Positions 12,801 through 23,306 of a stretch of 40,961 bases of DNA are shown piece by piece (position 1 is the first letter of the stretch; each line of letters opens with the position of its first letter). A program made the position numbers and the translations under genes. The stretch covers positions 1 through 40,961 of the forward strand of contig NIVC01004599.1 of assembly GCA_002269645.1 (NCBI GenBank), given 5' to 3'. The DNA is from Macrostomum lignano. Lineage: Eukaryota. The notes under the pieces were generated by a model. The model was not told the origin of the DNA. It was given only the letters and a program-made list of their open reading frames with translations, and made no database searches.

Positions 12801-15800
12801 CTCGGTCAGGGGCGGAATGCCAATCTGATCGGCTACCCGAGATTTAGTCTGACGCCACAGTAGGCTGGCAGTGAACTCCACCAGCGGCTGATAGCTGCCA
12901 GCCTGATACGGATAGAGCAACAGGTGTTTAAACCAGCGAGAGCATTGGGCTACAGGTGCGCCAAGGAACTGGAACAGGCCGTGCAGATCAGACAGGCCGG
13001 TTTGCACCGGTGTACCGGTGACGCACCAACGATTGACAGCTGATAAGCGATTGGTCATGCCAGCTAATTGCGTGTTGCTAGAGCAGATAGTCTGAGCTTC
13101 ATCCAGCACAATGCGCCACCAGTGCACACAGGTAAGCGGACTTATATGCCCGGGATACCTGGCCGACCGGTTATACCGGCGCTGACGCCGATGCTTCTCG
13201 TCAATTAGGTCAGTTAAAACAAATCGACTTTCGCGTTGCAACACGCCGTAGGTTGTGACAACAACGTCTGATTGGGCCAAGTCCATTGGCTGAACGTAGC
13301 CGTGCTCAATTCCTGAGTACACTGTCAGATTGAAGTCTGGGCGAGCCGTGTGTCTGACAAATTCTAATTTCACCTGAAGAGGAGAGGGGAAGGCTGGTGT
13401 GTTTTTTTAGCAATTTTTTAATGTCTCATATTACTCTTCAGCAAATCTATTTTCTTCAGTCTCATATTTAAAAAAGCTACGAGGCAGTTGTTATTAAAAT
13501 CTCTACCTCTAGCAAGATCTTCAAAATCTCAACCTCTGAATATGACCTTCAAAATCTCACCCTCTAGCTTTGACATTTAAAATCTCAACTTCTAGCCTTG
13601 GCCTTCAAAATCTAACCCTCTAGTTAATATCTTCAAAATATCAACCGCTAGTTATGACCTTTAAAATCTCACCCTCTAGCTTTGACCTTTAAAATCTCAA
13701 CTTCAATCTTCAACTTCAACCTCTAGCTATGACCTTCAAAATCTCACCCTCTAGCTATGACCTTCAAAATCTCACCCTCTAGCTATGACCTTCAAAATCT
13801 CACCCTCTAGCTATGACCTTTAAAATCTCACCCTCTAGCTATGACCTTTAAAATCTCATCCTCTAGCTTTGACCTTTAAAATCTCACCCTCTAGCTATGA
13901 CCTTTAAAATCTCACCCTCTAGCTATGACCTTTAAAATCTCATCCTCTAGCTTTGACCTTTAAAATCTCACCCTCTAGCTATGACCTTTAAAATCTCACC
14001 CTCTAGCTTTGACCTTTAAAATCTCACCCTCTAGCTATGACCTTCAAAATCTCACCCTCTAGCTTTGAGCTTTGAAATCTCAACTTCTAGCTATGACCTT
14101 CAAAATCTCACCCTCTAGCTTTGACCTTCAAAATCTCACCCTCTAGCTTTGACCTTCAAAATCTCACCCTATAGGCTAAAACGTCACCTGAAGTAACTAA
14201 AACTTCAATTTTACCCTAAAGTTGAGAATCATAAATCACCTGTTCCAGCAGTATAGGCGGCACAACAAACAGCGTAGCCCGACCGGGCACTGGCGGCTGA
14301 CGCAGCAGGCACACTGGGCACAGGTAGCCTCGTTCGCTTTGACGTCGCAAATTTGAAGACGCAGCCAAACCAACGCAGCGTCGATGCTGCACGTCGCCGC
14401 AAGAGTCGCAAACGACATAGTCTAGTAGAATAATCGGATCCGTGCGTTGACGTCGACCATAATTCATACCGATCACTTCTGCGTTGTTGCACAGACAATA
14501 GAGTTGTCGGCCAATCGGACTCTTCGACTCAAGCTGCTCAGCGTCCTCTCTGTCAATAATATTAGTACAGTCTTCGTTCGCAGGCGGCGACGGCGGCGGA
14601 TGGGCCAAGATCAGGGCGATCATCTCCACAGTCTTGCCGAGGCCCATCTCGTCGGCTAGGATGCCTCCTCTGCGTGAAAATATTAAAACACCGATATGAA
14701 GACTATTTACGGAATGGAATTCAACTCTACGAGTGCCAGCTGTTTATAGAATTTCAAGCCTGAGATGACAGATCTAGAATTTGACCCATGAAACCACAGG
14801 ATGAGAATCTCACCCATGCGACCACAGGATAAGAATCTCACCAATGCGACCACAGAATGAGAATCTCACCCATGAGACCACAGGATAAAAATCTCACCCA
14901 TGAGACCAGTAGCGCAACCAGAAATTTTTCAAGGGGGGGGGCGGATTCTGAGGGTAAAGTCCCGGGAGGGGGGGGGGCGGAGGGGTGGCTCTGTTTTTGG
15001 CGAAAATTCGCTTGGTCCCCCCTTTGATTTTTTTCGGTCCCCCGCCCCCCCCCCCTGGTTGCGCCACTGCATGAGACCACAGGATAAGAATCTCACCCAT
15101 GAGACCACAGGATAAGAATCTCACCCATGAGACCACAGGATAAGAATCTCACCCATGAGACCACAGGATAAGAATCTCATCCATTGAGACGACACAACCA
15201 GAATCTCATCACTGATAACAGTAATAAAAAAAATCACCTAGCTATCGAATTAGCGCCCAATTCTTCAGCGGAATGCTTCTCCCAGGCGGGCAGTCGCAGC
15301 ACAAAATGATTATGATAGGGTGAATAATACACAGCGGTAGCGCTAGTACTACTACTCATAACAGTAGGATCTTTAGTGGCGTAGGCGGCTTTGGCGGTTG
15401 GCAGTTGAATTTCTCTGTAGGCTTCTCGCAGCAGTCCGCCAACAATTCCTGTAGCCAGCTGGGGCTCCAGTTCGCGCCTGGCTGCCCAGGCTAGCGCCAT
15501 GCGTTGATAGGGACGCAGTTGGGAGTGCATGCCGAGCTTGTCCATAGCAACTAGTTCTGACTGAGTATGGTACCAGCTGATTAGCGCCTCGGAGCTGCCG
15601 CTGCGACCTAAATTATTGTCCATTACCTGGACAGACAGGCACATGGTTAACTGGTTGAGTAGCTCTGCATTTTAATCCCTTAGTTGGGTAATCTGATCCC
15701 TGAGATGGAGATTCTGATCCATGAGATGGGGATTCTGATCCATGAGATGGGGTAATCTGATCCCTGAGATGGAGATTCTGATCCATGAGATGGGGATTCT

Positions 15801-17568
15801 GATAAATGAGATGGGGCAATCTGATCCCTGAGATGGGGCAATCTGATCCCTGAGATGGGGATTCTGATCCATGAGATAGGGATTCTGATCCCTGAGATGG
15901 GGATTCCGATCCCTGAGATGGAGATTCCGTTTGAGTTTTTTAATCAATGAGTTGGGATTCTAATTAACTACTGTTGCGGCAACAGAGCACAGGAATGTAG
16001 ATCTATAAGAACATACTGAAGTAGCATTACTGATCAATAGCCACACAAACCTGATCAAAAAACAGCATGAGATTCTCCCGACCAGACGAAGCGGGCACGG
16101 GCTGCACGGACCTGTCAGTCAAGCCCCAGTCGAGCTGCACCAGATGAGCTAGGCGTCGGCACCAGACGCCTCTACTAGTTGGCCAATCGGCTGGATCATC
16201 GCCAAGACGATGCCGACTAGACGACGAAGCTGCCAACAGGCGCTCAACTCTGAGACAGGCAACGATAATCAACGGCTTGCTAAGCGAAGTCTTACCAGAA
16301 GAAGCTAAGTCGGTTAGACAATCCAGTAGATTCTGCTGTCGAGCTGTCAAACAGAGCTTACTGGGACAGTTCAAACAGCCAAGTTTGCCTGATTGATCCG
16401 ATAGCAGGTAGACAGCTTCGCGACTGCTTTGGTTGCTATGGGAACGGGAAGACAGTCTGACGTGTAGAAATACCTGAGGAACAATGGGGAATGTTGAGCA
16501 TTGCAGTTGTAAATGCAGTTGCACTAGAGAAGTTAATGAGCTATATAAAAGACTGACAGAAGCATAATCTAATATACTGAACTTTTCTTTGATACTCTAC
16601 CGATAGTAGAAATATAGGGATAATACGCTAAAATTAGAAAAATAAAATAATCAATAATTGATTACACCTGCACCAATTGAGCCAGATGTGCAACCGACAG
16701 CTCAGCCGCAGCTATTGCGCGGCGCATCTGAAGGCTGCGTACGGCTGTTCAGTCCAAGGACTGGGGGGTCGCCACACACACCCTCAATTCCCCAGCTAAT
16801 GCTGGCACCCATTTTACAGCTGGGTGAACTGAAGCAATGCAGAGAGAAGTGTCTTGCTCAAGGACACAAATTGTTCCGAGTGGGCAGAGATTTGAACCCC
16901 AGACCTTATAGTCGTGAGTCCGACGCTTTAAACACTAGGCTATAACAAGAAACTGGTTATTTCAATTCAAAACAAAGAAAACCTAAAAGGCTGCACAGCA
17001 AAGCGCAGACCCAAAACAAACGAGCCTCTGAAAACATGTACATGAGCACTTGTATGTGCCCTCAGTGCTGGCTGGTTGTGGGACAATGTCACCCAAATGG
17101 GCAACAAAACTAAAAAAACGCACACAGAATTCAAACAAAAAAGGGCCTCACCTGCTCGCAAGAAAACAACAGACAGGCCTCTAAACTGGAGTCTACCAGC
17201 TCCTCCTGAACTGTATCAGCTGTTGAATTCTTTATTAACATCGGCATCAGCTCCGCTCTAGTCAGCGGAGAATTAGACGCGGGCAAAATCTCATCAACTA
17301 ACACGGTGGCTAGAGCAGCTTGATGATCACCATCTTCAACTGTTGGCAACCAATGCAATTTTACAGTACTATTAGCCGACTTCTTTATAAGGCTTAACGG
17401 ATCATTCGCACCCTTTCTGCCAATAAGTTTTTGACGCTTAACAACCGGTTGTGAATCGGTAACTTCATCCGTAATGGAAGTGGAACTAGCAAGCCAGCTG
17501 CACTGCCAAGACCGACTGGACTGTTCCGCTAGCACCAATCTGACCGGTTGCGACTGCTTTCTCTTCAT
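3863..17568 (-). CDS. SHPRH: SHPRH: SNF2 helicase/PHD/RING E3 ubiquitin ligase (Rad5 family); 11 exons 17568-17152, 16473-16051, 15626-15238, 14669-14240, 13373-12706, 12019-11755, 10556-10267, 9036-8580, 7425-7162, 6149-5808, 4534-3863; 4617 nt, about 1538 aa
   Basis: All intron phases are compatible and there is no internal stop. Motifs: RGGILADEMGLGKT (Walker A); C4HC3 PHD; WWRIVLDEAQ (Walker B); RWCVTGTPVQ; MRQACDFP; C3HC4 RING CPVC...CAH...CLNC...CPVC; C-terminal KVLVFSSF...GANGLNLIEANHV...QAIGRIDRIGQ. Confidence 0.96.
4815..5749. repeat. 44-bp minisatellite, about 21 copies, SHPRH intron 10
   Basis: Unit CAATCCATCCTACTTCT(G/T)CCCAATGTACACACAGGCTAGATTAG; near-identical copies with no spacers. 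Confidence 0.97.
6310..6982. repeat. About 21-bp degenerate minisatellite, SHPRH intron 9
   Basis: Unit GAGAAACCGGAGGTAATAAAT and variants. Confidence 0.93.
7452..8222. repeat. 22-bp minisatellite, SHPRH intron 8
   Basis: Unit TTTAGGGTGATTCATTGGGGTG and variants. Confidence 0.94.
9300..10190. repeat. 27-bp minisatellite, about 30 copies, SHPRH intron 7 (degenerate left flank from about 9200)
   Basis: Unit AATCTCAC(C/T)CCTAAGTTAACAGGTTAG. Confidence 0.96.
10640..11690. repeat. 24-bp minisatellite with sub-blocks and a 48-bp higher-order alternation, SHPRH intron 6
   Basis: Unit TAAGGATGATTCAGG(G/A)GCGA(T/G)T(C/G)T. Confidence 0.96.
12140..12645. repeat. Purine-rich degenerate repeat (GGCGGAAGA-like), SHPRH intron 5
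   Basis: Almost T-free G/A-rich + strand; an 81-bp-scale block including GGCGGATGGAAGGAAGAACGCAGGGGAGG is duplicated (about 12327 and 12501). Confidence 0.9.
13500..14170. repeat. 28-bp minisatellite, about 24 copies, SHPRH intron 4
   Basis: Unit AAATCTCACCCTCTAGCT(A/T)TGACCTT(C/T)A. Confidence 0.95.
14780..15200. repeat. 28-bp minisatellite interrupted by a MITE, SHPRH intron 3
   Basis: Unit AATCTCACCCATGAGACCACAGGATAAG on both sides of the insertion. Confidence 0.93.
14907..15069. mobile_element. hAT-type MITE (163 bp)
   Basis: 15-bp TIRs CAGTAGCGCAACCAG / CTGGTTGCGCCACTG (1 mismatch); perfect 8-bp TSD CATGAGAC at 14899-14906 and 15070-15077. CAG(T)GGCG ends with an 8-bp TSD are typical of hAT elements. 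Confidence 0.9.
15685..15925. repeat. 21-bp minisatellite, SHPRH intron 2
   Basis: Unit TCTGATCC(C/A)TGAGATGGGGAT. Confidence 0.92.
16650..16945 (-). mobile_element. tRNA-derived SINE with a CORE/MIR-like central domain, SHPRH intron 1
   Basis: On the minus strand: A-box TAGCCTAGTGT, B-box GGTTCAAATC, then TGTGTCCTTGAGCAAGACACTT...CAGCTGTAAAATGGG, resembling the CORE-SINE domain (TGTGACCTTGGGCAAGTCACTT...CATCTGTAAAATGGG); AT-rich tail. Confidence 0.78.
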
Positions 17569-17694
17569 GGTCTGTTTGCAAACTCGATCGAATCGTCTTG
17601 TCTAGCCATTAACCCCCATTAGTTTATCCATCTAGATCAGCAAATATGTAAATATAGTTTTATTCATTGACTTTAGAAGTTATGAAAAACTGAC

Positions 17695-18590
17695 TGGTCA
17701 TGGTCATACATCACAGTCCTTCAGATAGCCATGGTCATACATCACTACAGTCCTTCAGATAGCCATGGTCATACATCCCTACAGTCCTTCAGATAGCCAT
17801 GGTCATACATCCCTACAGTCATGGTCATACACCCCTACAGTCCTTCAGATAGCCATCGTTATACATCCCTAGTCCTTCAGATAGCCATGGTCATACATCA
17901 CAGTCCTTCAGATAGCCATGGTCATACATCACTACAGTCCTTCAGATAGCCATGGTCATACGTCCCTACAGTCCTTCAGATAGCCATGGTCATACATCCC
18001 TACAGTCATGGTCATACACCCCTACAGTCCTTCAGATAGCCATCGTTATACATCCCTAGTCCTTCAGATAGCCATGGTCATACATCCCTACAGTCCTTCA
18101 GATAGCCATGGTCATACATCCCTACAGTCCTTCAGATAGCCATGGTCATACATCCCTACAGTCCTTCAGATAGCCATGGTCATACATCCCTACAGTCCTT
18201 CAGATAGCCATGGTCATACATCCCTACAGTCCTTCAGATAGCCATGGTCATACATCCCTACAGTCCTTCAGATAGCCATGGTCATACATCCCTACAGTCC
18301 TTCAGATAGCCATGGTCATACATCCCTACAGTCCTTCAGATAGCCATGGTCATACATCACTACAGTCCTTCAGATAGCCATGGTCATACATCCCTACAGT
18401 CCTTCAGATAGCCATGGTCATACATCCCTACAGTCCTTCAGATAGCCATGGTCATACATCCCTACAGTCCTTCAGATAGCCATGGTCTTACACCCCTACA
18501 GTCATTCTGATGGTCATGGTCATACACTCCTACAGTCATTCAGTCCGTCATAGTGGTACACCCCTACAGTAGCTCAGATAGTTATGGTCA
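17695..18590. repeat. 34-bp minisatellite, about 25 copies, upstream of SHPRH
   Basis: Unit CAGTCCTTCAGATAGCCATGGTCATACATCCCTA. Confidence 0.97.
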
Positions 18591-19847
18591 TGCACTCGCT
18601 ACAATCACTAATCAGGTCACTAACCGCTTGAATCAGGTATCTAAGGTCCAGAGGGAGCTAAGCTTGCTAAGCTAAATATGATATTAATTTCTATTAACTG
18701 GCTAGTCCGCTAGAATTAGATAGCTCTTATTTGACTAGATATATTATTTCGCTTAGTAAACTAAATTGAACTTTTTAGTATTATACAAATAAAAAACTCA
18801 ATAAACATTTTGCTCCAACTGGCAAAAGGTACTTTATACATTTTATCAATTGTTTACTATCAACTTTTTTCAGGACAAAAAAGCGTCTATAAAAACGCTA
18901 AGCTGATGTACTACTTGTACTACTTTGTACATGCAGTAGTATTACTTCACATTAATTGCTGGATGCAAACCGGTATGTAATATGTACATGCAATTAAACA
19001 TTAACGAAAGAAATAATGAATTACATAAGACAAGGTTTAAATAACATCCCTAAATCTCACAATTTACCTTACAAATCCTCACATACGTAGATATACTGAC
19101 AGCTGACTTATTCTACACTCTTACTTACAAAAGAATCCCATTAAGTCTAGGGAAGGGGGTCAGAATCCCAACTGATAAGAGTAATACAATTCCCATCTGA
19201 ATTATAAGGGGCTCAGGTACTAAAAACCTTAATCGGCACATGCTGACAATATTAATTAATAAACAGAAGCTAGATCGAGTAAATGTTCTAGAATAGCAAA
19301 CTTGGTTTAGATCACAGAGACTAGAATAACTAGATGGGACACTCAGGCATATATACTTAGTAAAACAGCTTTCTACTTTCAGTTCAGTAGCAAAGAAGAA
19401 TACATAAGCTATTTTATAAAAATAAAGGTAGCCGAATTGATAAGTTTGATAGTTTTAGGAGCCCACACAAGCTTGCAGGCGTAAACAGCTTGCTAATTGG
19501 TTCAGCCATAATGTACATTAGCCAGCCCACTGAAATGTACATGGCCGCTTTACGCTGGAATTCGGATAAAGGCAATAAAAATTGGGGCGGGCGGGGGGGT
19601 AGTGTGGAAAGGCGCGGTTGGAGGGTTTAAGCTGGAAGGAGGGTAAGAGCCAATAAACGAGCCTTGACTTTAAAATACAAATACATTACAATGTTTCTGT
19701 TAACTTGCTACTGAACTGAAAGTAGCTTACACGCAAATGTACGCTGAGTGACACATCAGTTATTCTAGTATGTGGTTCATATTAAAACTGATGCTCCAAT
19801 TAAAAACAACAAGGCGTGTTATTGGAAACAAAAAAGGATAATTCTCG

Positions 19848-21367
19848 TTACTCGTCAGCAGGCGGTATATCCTCTTCCTCTTCATCGGCCCCCTCTTCCA
19901 TAAGCTCCTCCTCCTCTTCTTCATCATCGTTCGCAGCCTCTCCCTCTTCTTCTTCTTCATCATCATCGTCTTCCTCAACCTCCTCGGCTGGCTCCAACGC
20001 GGCCAATCTGGCCGTTCTGTCGGCCAATTCGGCCGGATTGAAATCGCGATGTCGGACAACCAGTTTAGTTTTCGTGGTCGGCGCACCGCCGGGCATGCCG
20101 ATTTTTCTACGCTTACTCAATCGAACTCGGGTCTCTAATTCGTTATAATAGACGCCGCCTTCTCTAAATACAAAGAAGTAATTCTCGTCGTAGCCTTTCA
20201 TACTCTTATTCTTAACGTTCCAATTGTACTCTCTGTTGAGTTCGTACTCGTAGACATCCTCGGCTACGTAGGGTAGGCCAGCCTCCTGATCGCGCTTCCG
20301 CTTAGCTCTGGTCTCCCTAGTTGGCAAGAAGTAAGCAACGAACTGATCGCCAGACTCGTCGACCATGCCTCGAATCATTGCCTGGGTTACATCGTCGGAT
20401 AAACCGGACTGATCCTTCGGAGTCGGATCGGTGTCGAAGATCACCTGTGCGCACGGGTGCTGCCAGAGTTGAAAGTCTGGCAGCAGAGGCATCACCTGGA
20501 CGGCGTGGACTCCGCGACGGCTATAATGCTCCTCTACTGGTCGCTTGGTGGCTTCGAATGTTTTCTCAATAGCTTCAATCTGTTTCTCCTTGGTCTTGTA
20601 AATATCTTCGGCCTCGCTAAATACTTTGTTCTTAAGATTGATCTTCGATTCAATCTTATCGCTAAACACCTGGTTCTGTCGATTAGCCTCATTAGAGATG
20701 TACTCAGTCTTGCGCAGCCAGGAGGCTTTCATCCTGTCGTGCCGGGACGCACGCTGGTGCAAACCGCCAGGTCCGGTCTCGTCGGCAACCAGAGCCTCAT
20801 CTTCGGGATCTGGCTTAGCAACTAAAGATGTTTGATAAGTGTCCGGATTTACTAAGTCGATGTCGATGCCTAAGTCCAGCTCAGTAAGCAGTTCGTGCTT
20901 ATATTCTTTCTCTAACGAGGTCGTATTGTACTTTACAAATCGACCGGTCTCAAACGGATAGGCTAAGAATTTCGGATCAAATGGAATGTCTGGCAAGCTG
21001 TTGCAATAGCGAACCCGACAGATTAGACCACTCTCCTGCTTGCGCTGGCTGGCTTGTCCGCCAGAAGAGGCCGACGAAGGTGCAGGAGAAGCGCCTAGCG
21101 AAGACCTGCTGGAGGAGCCGCCAATGGAACTGCGATTCTTTCTTTCTTTCTTTTTCGGGTCACGGACATTGTAGCTAGACGTAGCTAATAGGACCGGGGG
21201 CGTAGCCCCATGCAGCCGGGGCGCTGACCCTGCGCGGGCGGGCAGTAGACGGCGGAATCCAATTTGCGGCCTGCGGCGGGTGGCTGCTGCTGCTGATGTT
21301 GACGCCTCGATCCACCACCCGGAGTGGTTGCCGGAGACGCGGTCGCGCCAACAATAGTCGGTCCCAT
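19848..21367 (-). CDS. PAF1: RNA polymerase II-associated factor 1; the conserved part appears intronless; one frame discontinuity in the N-terminal region (21185-21300)
   Basis: ESGLICRVRYCNSLPDIPFDPKF, KHELLTELDLGIDIDL, SWLRKTEYIS, WQHPCAQVIFDTDP, QAMIRGMVDESGDQFVAYF, YYNELETRVRLSKRR, and an acidic tail. ATG at 21367 gives MGPTIV (cf. PAF1 MAPTIQ) but lies one base out of frame with the body. Confidence 0.94.
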
Positions 21368-21666
21368 TGACAACCAGTAATAAACCAACTAAAATTTAAT
21401 TCTATTCTAAATACAAGTTTATATTTAGTTGTTTGCAAGGGTATAAATAGGACAGCTGAATTGACCGTTGAAAAACAGAGCTGAAATGTTGAAGACAGAC
21501 AAATTCTCAGTTATTAATAATAAAAATCACGTGAAAACTTTTAAACAATCTTACACTGACTGAAGGTACATTTCTATAGGGACTTTAGTTTAGGCTACAG
21601 TTGCACTTTAATCTAGGAGCAAGTAATTGATCTTTTTATCAAAACTTTCAACTAAAACTTGCGTTA

Positions 21667-22959
21667 CGAGGGGCACTATTAAAGTTCTGAGCCTTAATAT
21701 GAAAGAGAGGAGATATGGGCAAAGTGAGATCAGCTTTTCTCAACATAGTCTCCCCTAACCAAGATGCACTTATGGCATCTTGATCGCAGCGCCTCAATGC
21801 CACTCTGGAAGAATTGCACCGAGCAGCCCTCAAACCAAGCAGTTGCAGCATCCTTCAGCGCATCATCAGTGTCAAATCGCTGTCCACGGAGCGCCCGCTT
21901 GAGATGTGGAAACAGGTGGAAGTCGCTCGGGGCCAGGTCTGGTGAATAGGCTGGGTGCGGCAGCTCTCGAAACCCTGCGACACTGACAGCAGCCTTGGCA
22001 ATCCTGCTAGTGTGGGCCGGTGCATTGTCGTGCAGCAGCACAACACCTCGGCTCAGCATCCCTCGCCTATTTTCCTTGATTGCTTCGCGCAGACGGGCGA
22101 TCAGGTTAGCGTAGTAGGCGCCTGTGACTGTCTGCTTGTGCGGTAGAAAGTCCAGCAGCAGCGGGCCCTTGGCATCCCAGAAGACGGTGAGCATAATCTT
22201 GCCCGCACTGCATGCAGTCCGTGCCTTCAGTGGTGCAGGTGAACCAACTGGCAGCCACTGCTTGGACTCCTGCTTGGACTCGGGATCGTGGTGATGGATC
22301 CACGTCTCATTCCCAGTCACGCAGCAGGACAGAAAGTTGGCAGGGTCCGGATCGTAGGAGTCCAGGACAAGCTTTGAGTACTGCACCCGTGCGGTCTTTT
22401 GGTCCCTTGTCAAGATTCGTGGGATCCATCTGGCAGAAACCTTGGACAGATGAAGATGCTGGTGCAGGATCTCAATGACTTGCGGGTTAGAGAGTCCAGT
22501 GTCTGCCGCAAGTTCCCTGACTTTCACCCGCTGGTCACTGTCAACCAGAGCCTGGATGCGCTGGATGTTGTCGGCAGTGACAGCAGTCCGGGGTCGTCCA
22601 CATCGGGGGTCATCTTCGAGCGAGTCGCGGCCACGCTTGAACTCGGCTGCCCAGCACTTTATGGTGGCGTATGAGGGGGCAGCGTCAGCGTACACACTAG
22701 CCATGCGGCTTTGAATTTCAGCAGGCTTTGAGCCCTCCAGAGTCAGAAATTTAATCACTGCCCTGTGCTCAAGCTTCAATTCTTGAGAAAATGCCATGGG
22801 GTGCATGCAATAAATTGGTGCTGTGGGACTTAGGGAATGCAGAAAATTCTGAAAAGTTGACAATAGACTATTAACATGTGGCGCTTTTAGAGCCTAAAGT
22901 TTCAACACTTTGCCACTATAAGATCTTGGTCAGGCTCAGAACTTTAATAGTGCCCCTCG
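21667..22959 (-). mobile_element. Full-length mariner (Tc1/mariner, DD34D class) transposon, 1293 bp
   Basis: Perfect 28-bp TIRs CGAGGGGCACTATTAAAGTTCTGAGCCT (21667-21694, 22932-22959), flanked by TA duplications (21665-21666, 22960-22961). Confidence 0.97.
21730..22797 (-). CDS. Mariner transposase, about 355 aa, uninterrupted, but the first catalytic Asp is replaced by Asn
   Basis: HRAVIKF, DDPRCGRP, WIPRIL, VTGNETW (normally TGDETW), HDNA, YSPDLAPSD with D34D spacing. The ORF-track start at 22863 is TTG; ATGs are at 22806 and 22797. Confidence 0.93.
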   Translation of the reverse strand: MAFSQELKLEHRAVIKFLTLEGSKPAEIQSRMASVYADAAPSYATIKCWAAEFKRGRDSLEDDPRCGRPRTAVTADNIQRIQALVDSDQRVKVRELAADTGLSNPQVIEILHQHLHLSKVSARWIPRILTRDQKTARVQYSKLVLDSYDPDPANFLSCCVTGNETWIHHHDPESKQESKQWLPVGSPAPLKARTACSAGKIMLTVFWDAKGPLLLDFLPHKQTVTGAYYANLIARLREAIKENRRGMLSRGVVLLHDNAPAHTSRIAKAAVSVAGFRELPHPAYSPDLAPSDFHLFPHLKRALRGQRFDTDDALKDAATAWFEGCSVQFFQSGIEALRSRCHKCILVRGDYVEKS

Positions 22960-23306
22960 TATCAAATTCAGCTTTGAAGGTCATATTTTTTCTGTTAAAC
23001 CTGTTCACTAGCAAGAGAGTACAGCTCTACCTAATTAATGTAGGCGGGCCACTAAATAGACAACAAAACAAGCAGTGAATTATTGAATTAATTTATATTT
23101 TTGTTTTCAGTTAAGGTGCAAAATTAAGCGTCTTTAATCGGCGTCATCAAGAAAACTAAAAAATGGCGGATGGGATGAGCTAGCTAGCTCTGCAGTCATC
23201 AAAGTTGCATGCCAGAGCAAAATGAATAAACTCAATACATTTAATAATGAAAGAAAATGGACCAGGAGCCAATGCAAGCGATGCCTTATTCAACTATTAT
23301 CACAAA

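Noticed and set aside
16860-16945. tRNA gene
   Set aside because: A and B boxes are present but there is no complete acceptor stem, and the sequence continues into a CORE-like SINE body.
21730-22863. Domesticated SETMAR-like fusion gene
   Set aside because: There is no SET domain or upstream exon, and intact TIRs with a TA TSD show an ordinary insertion.
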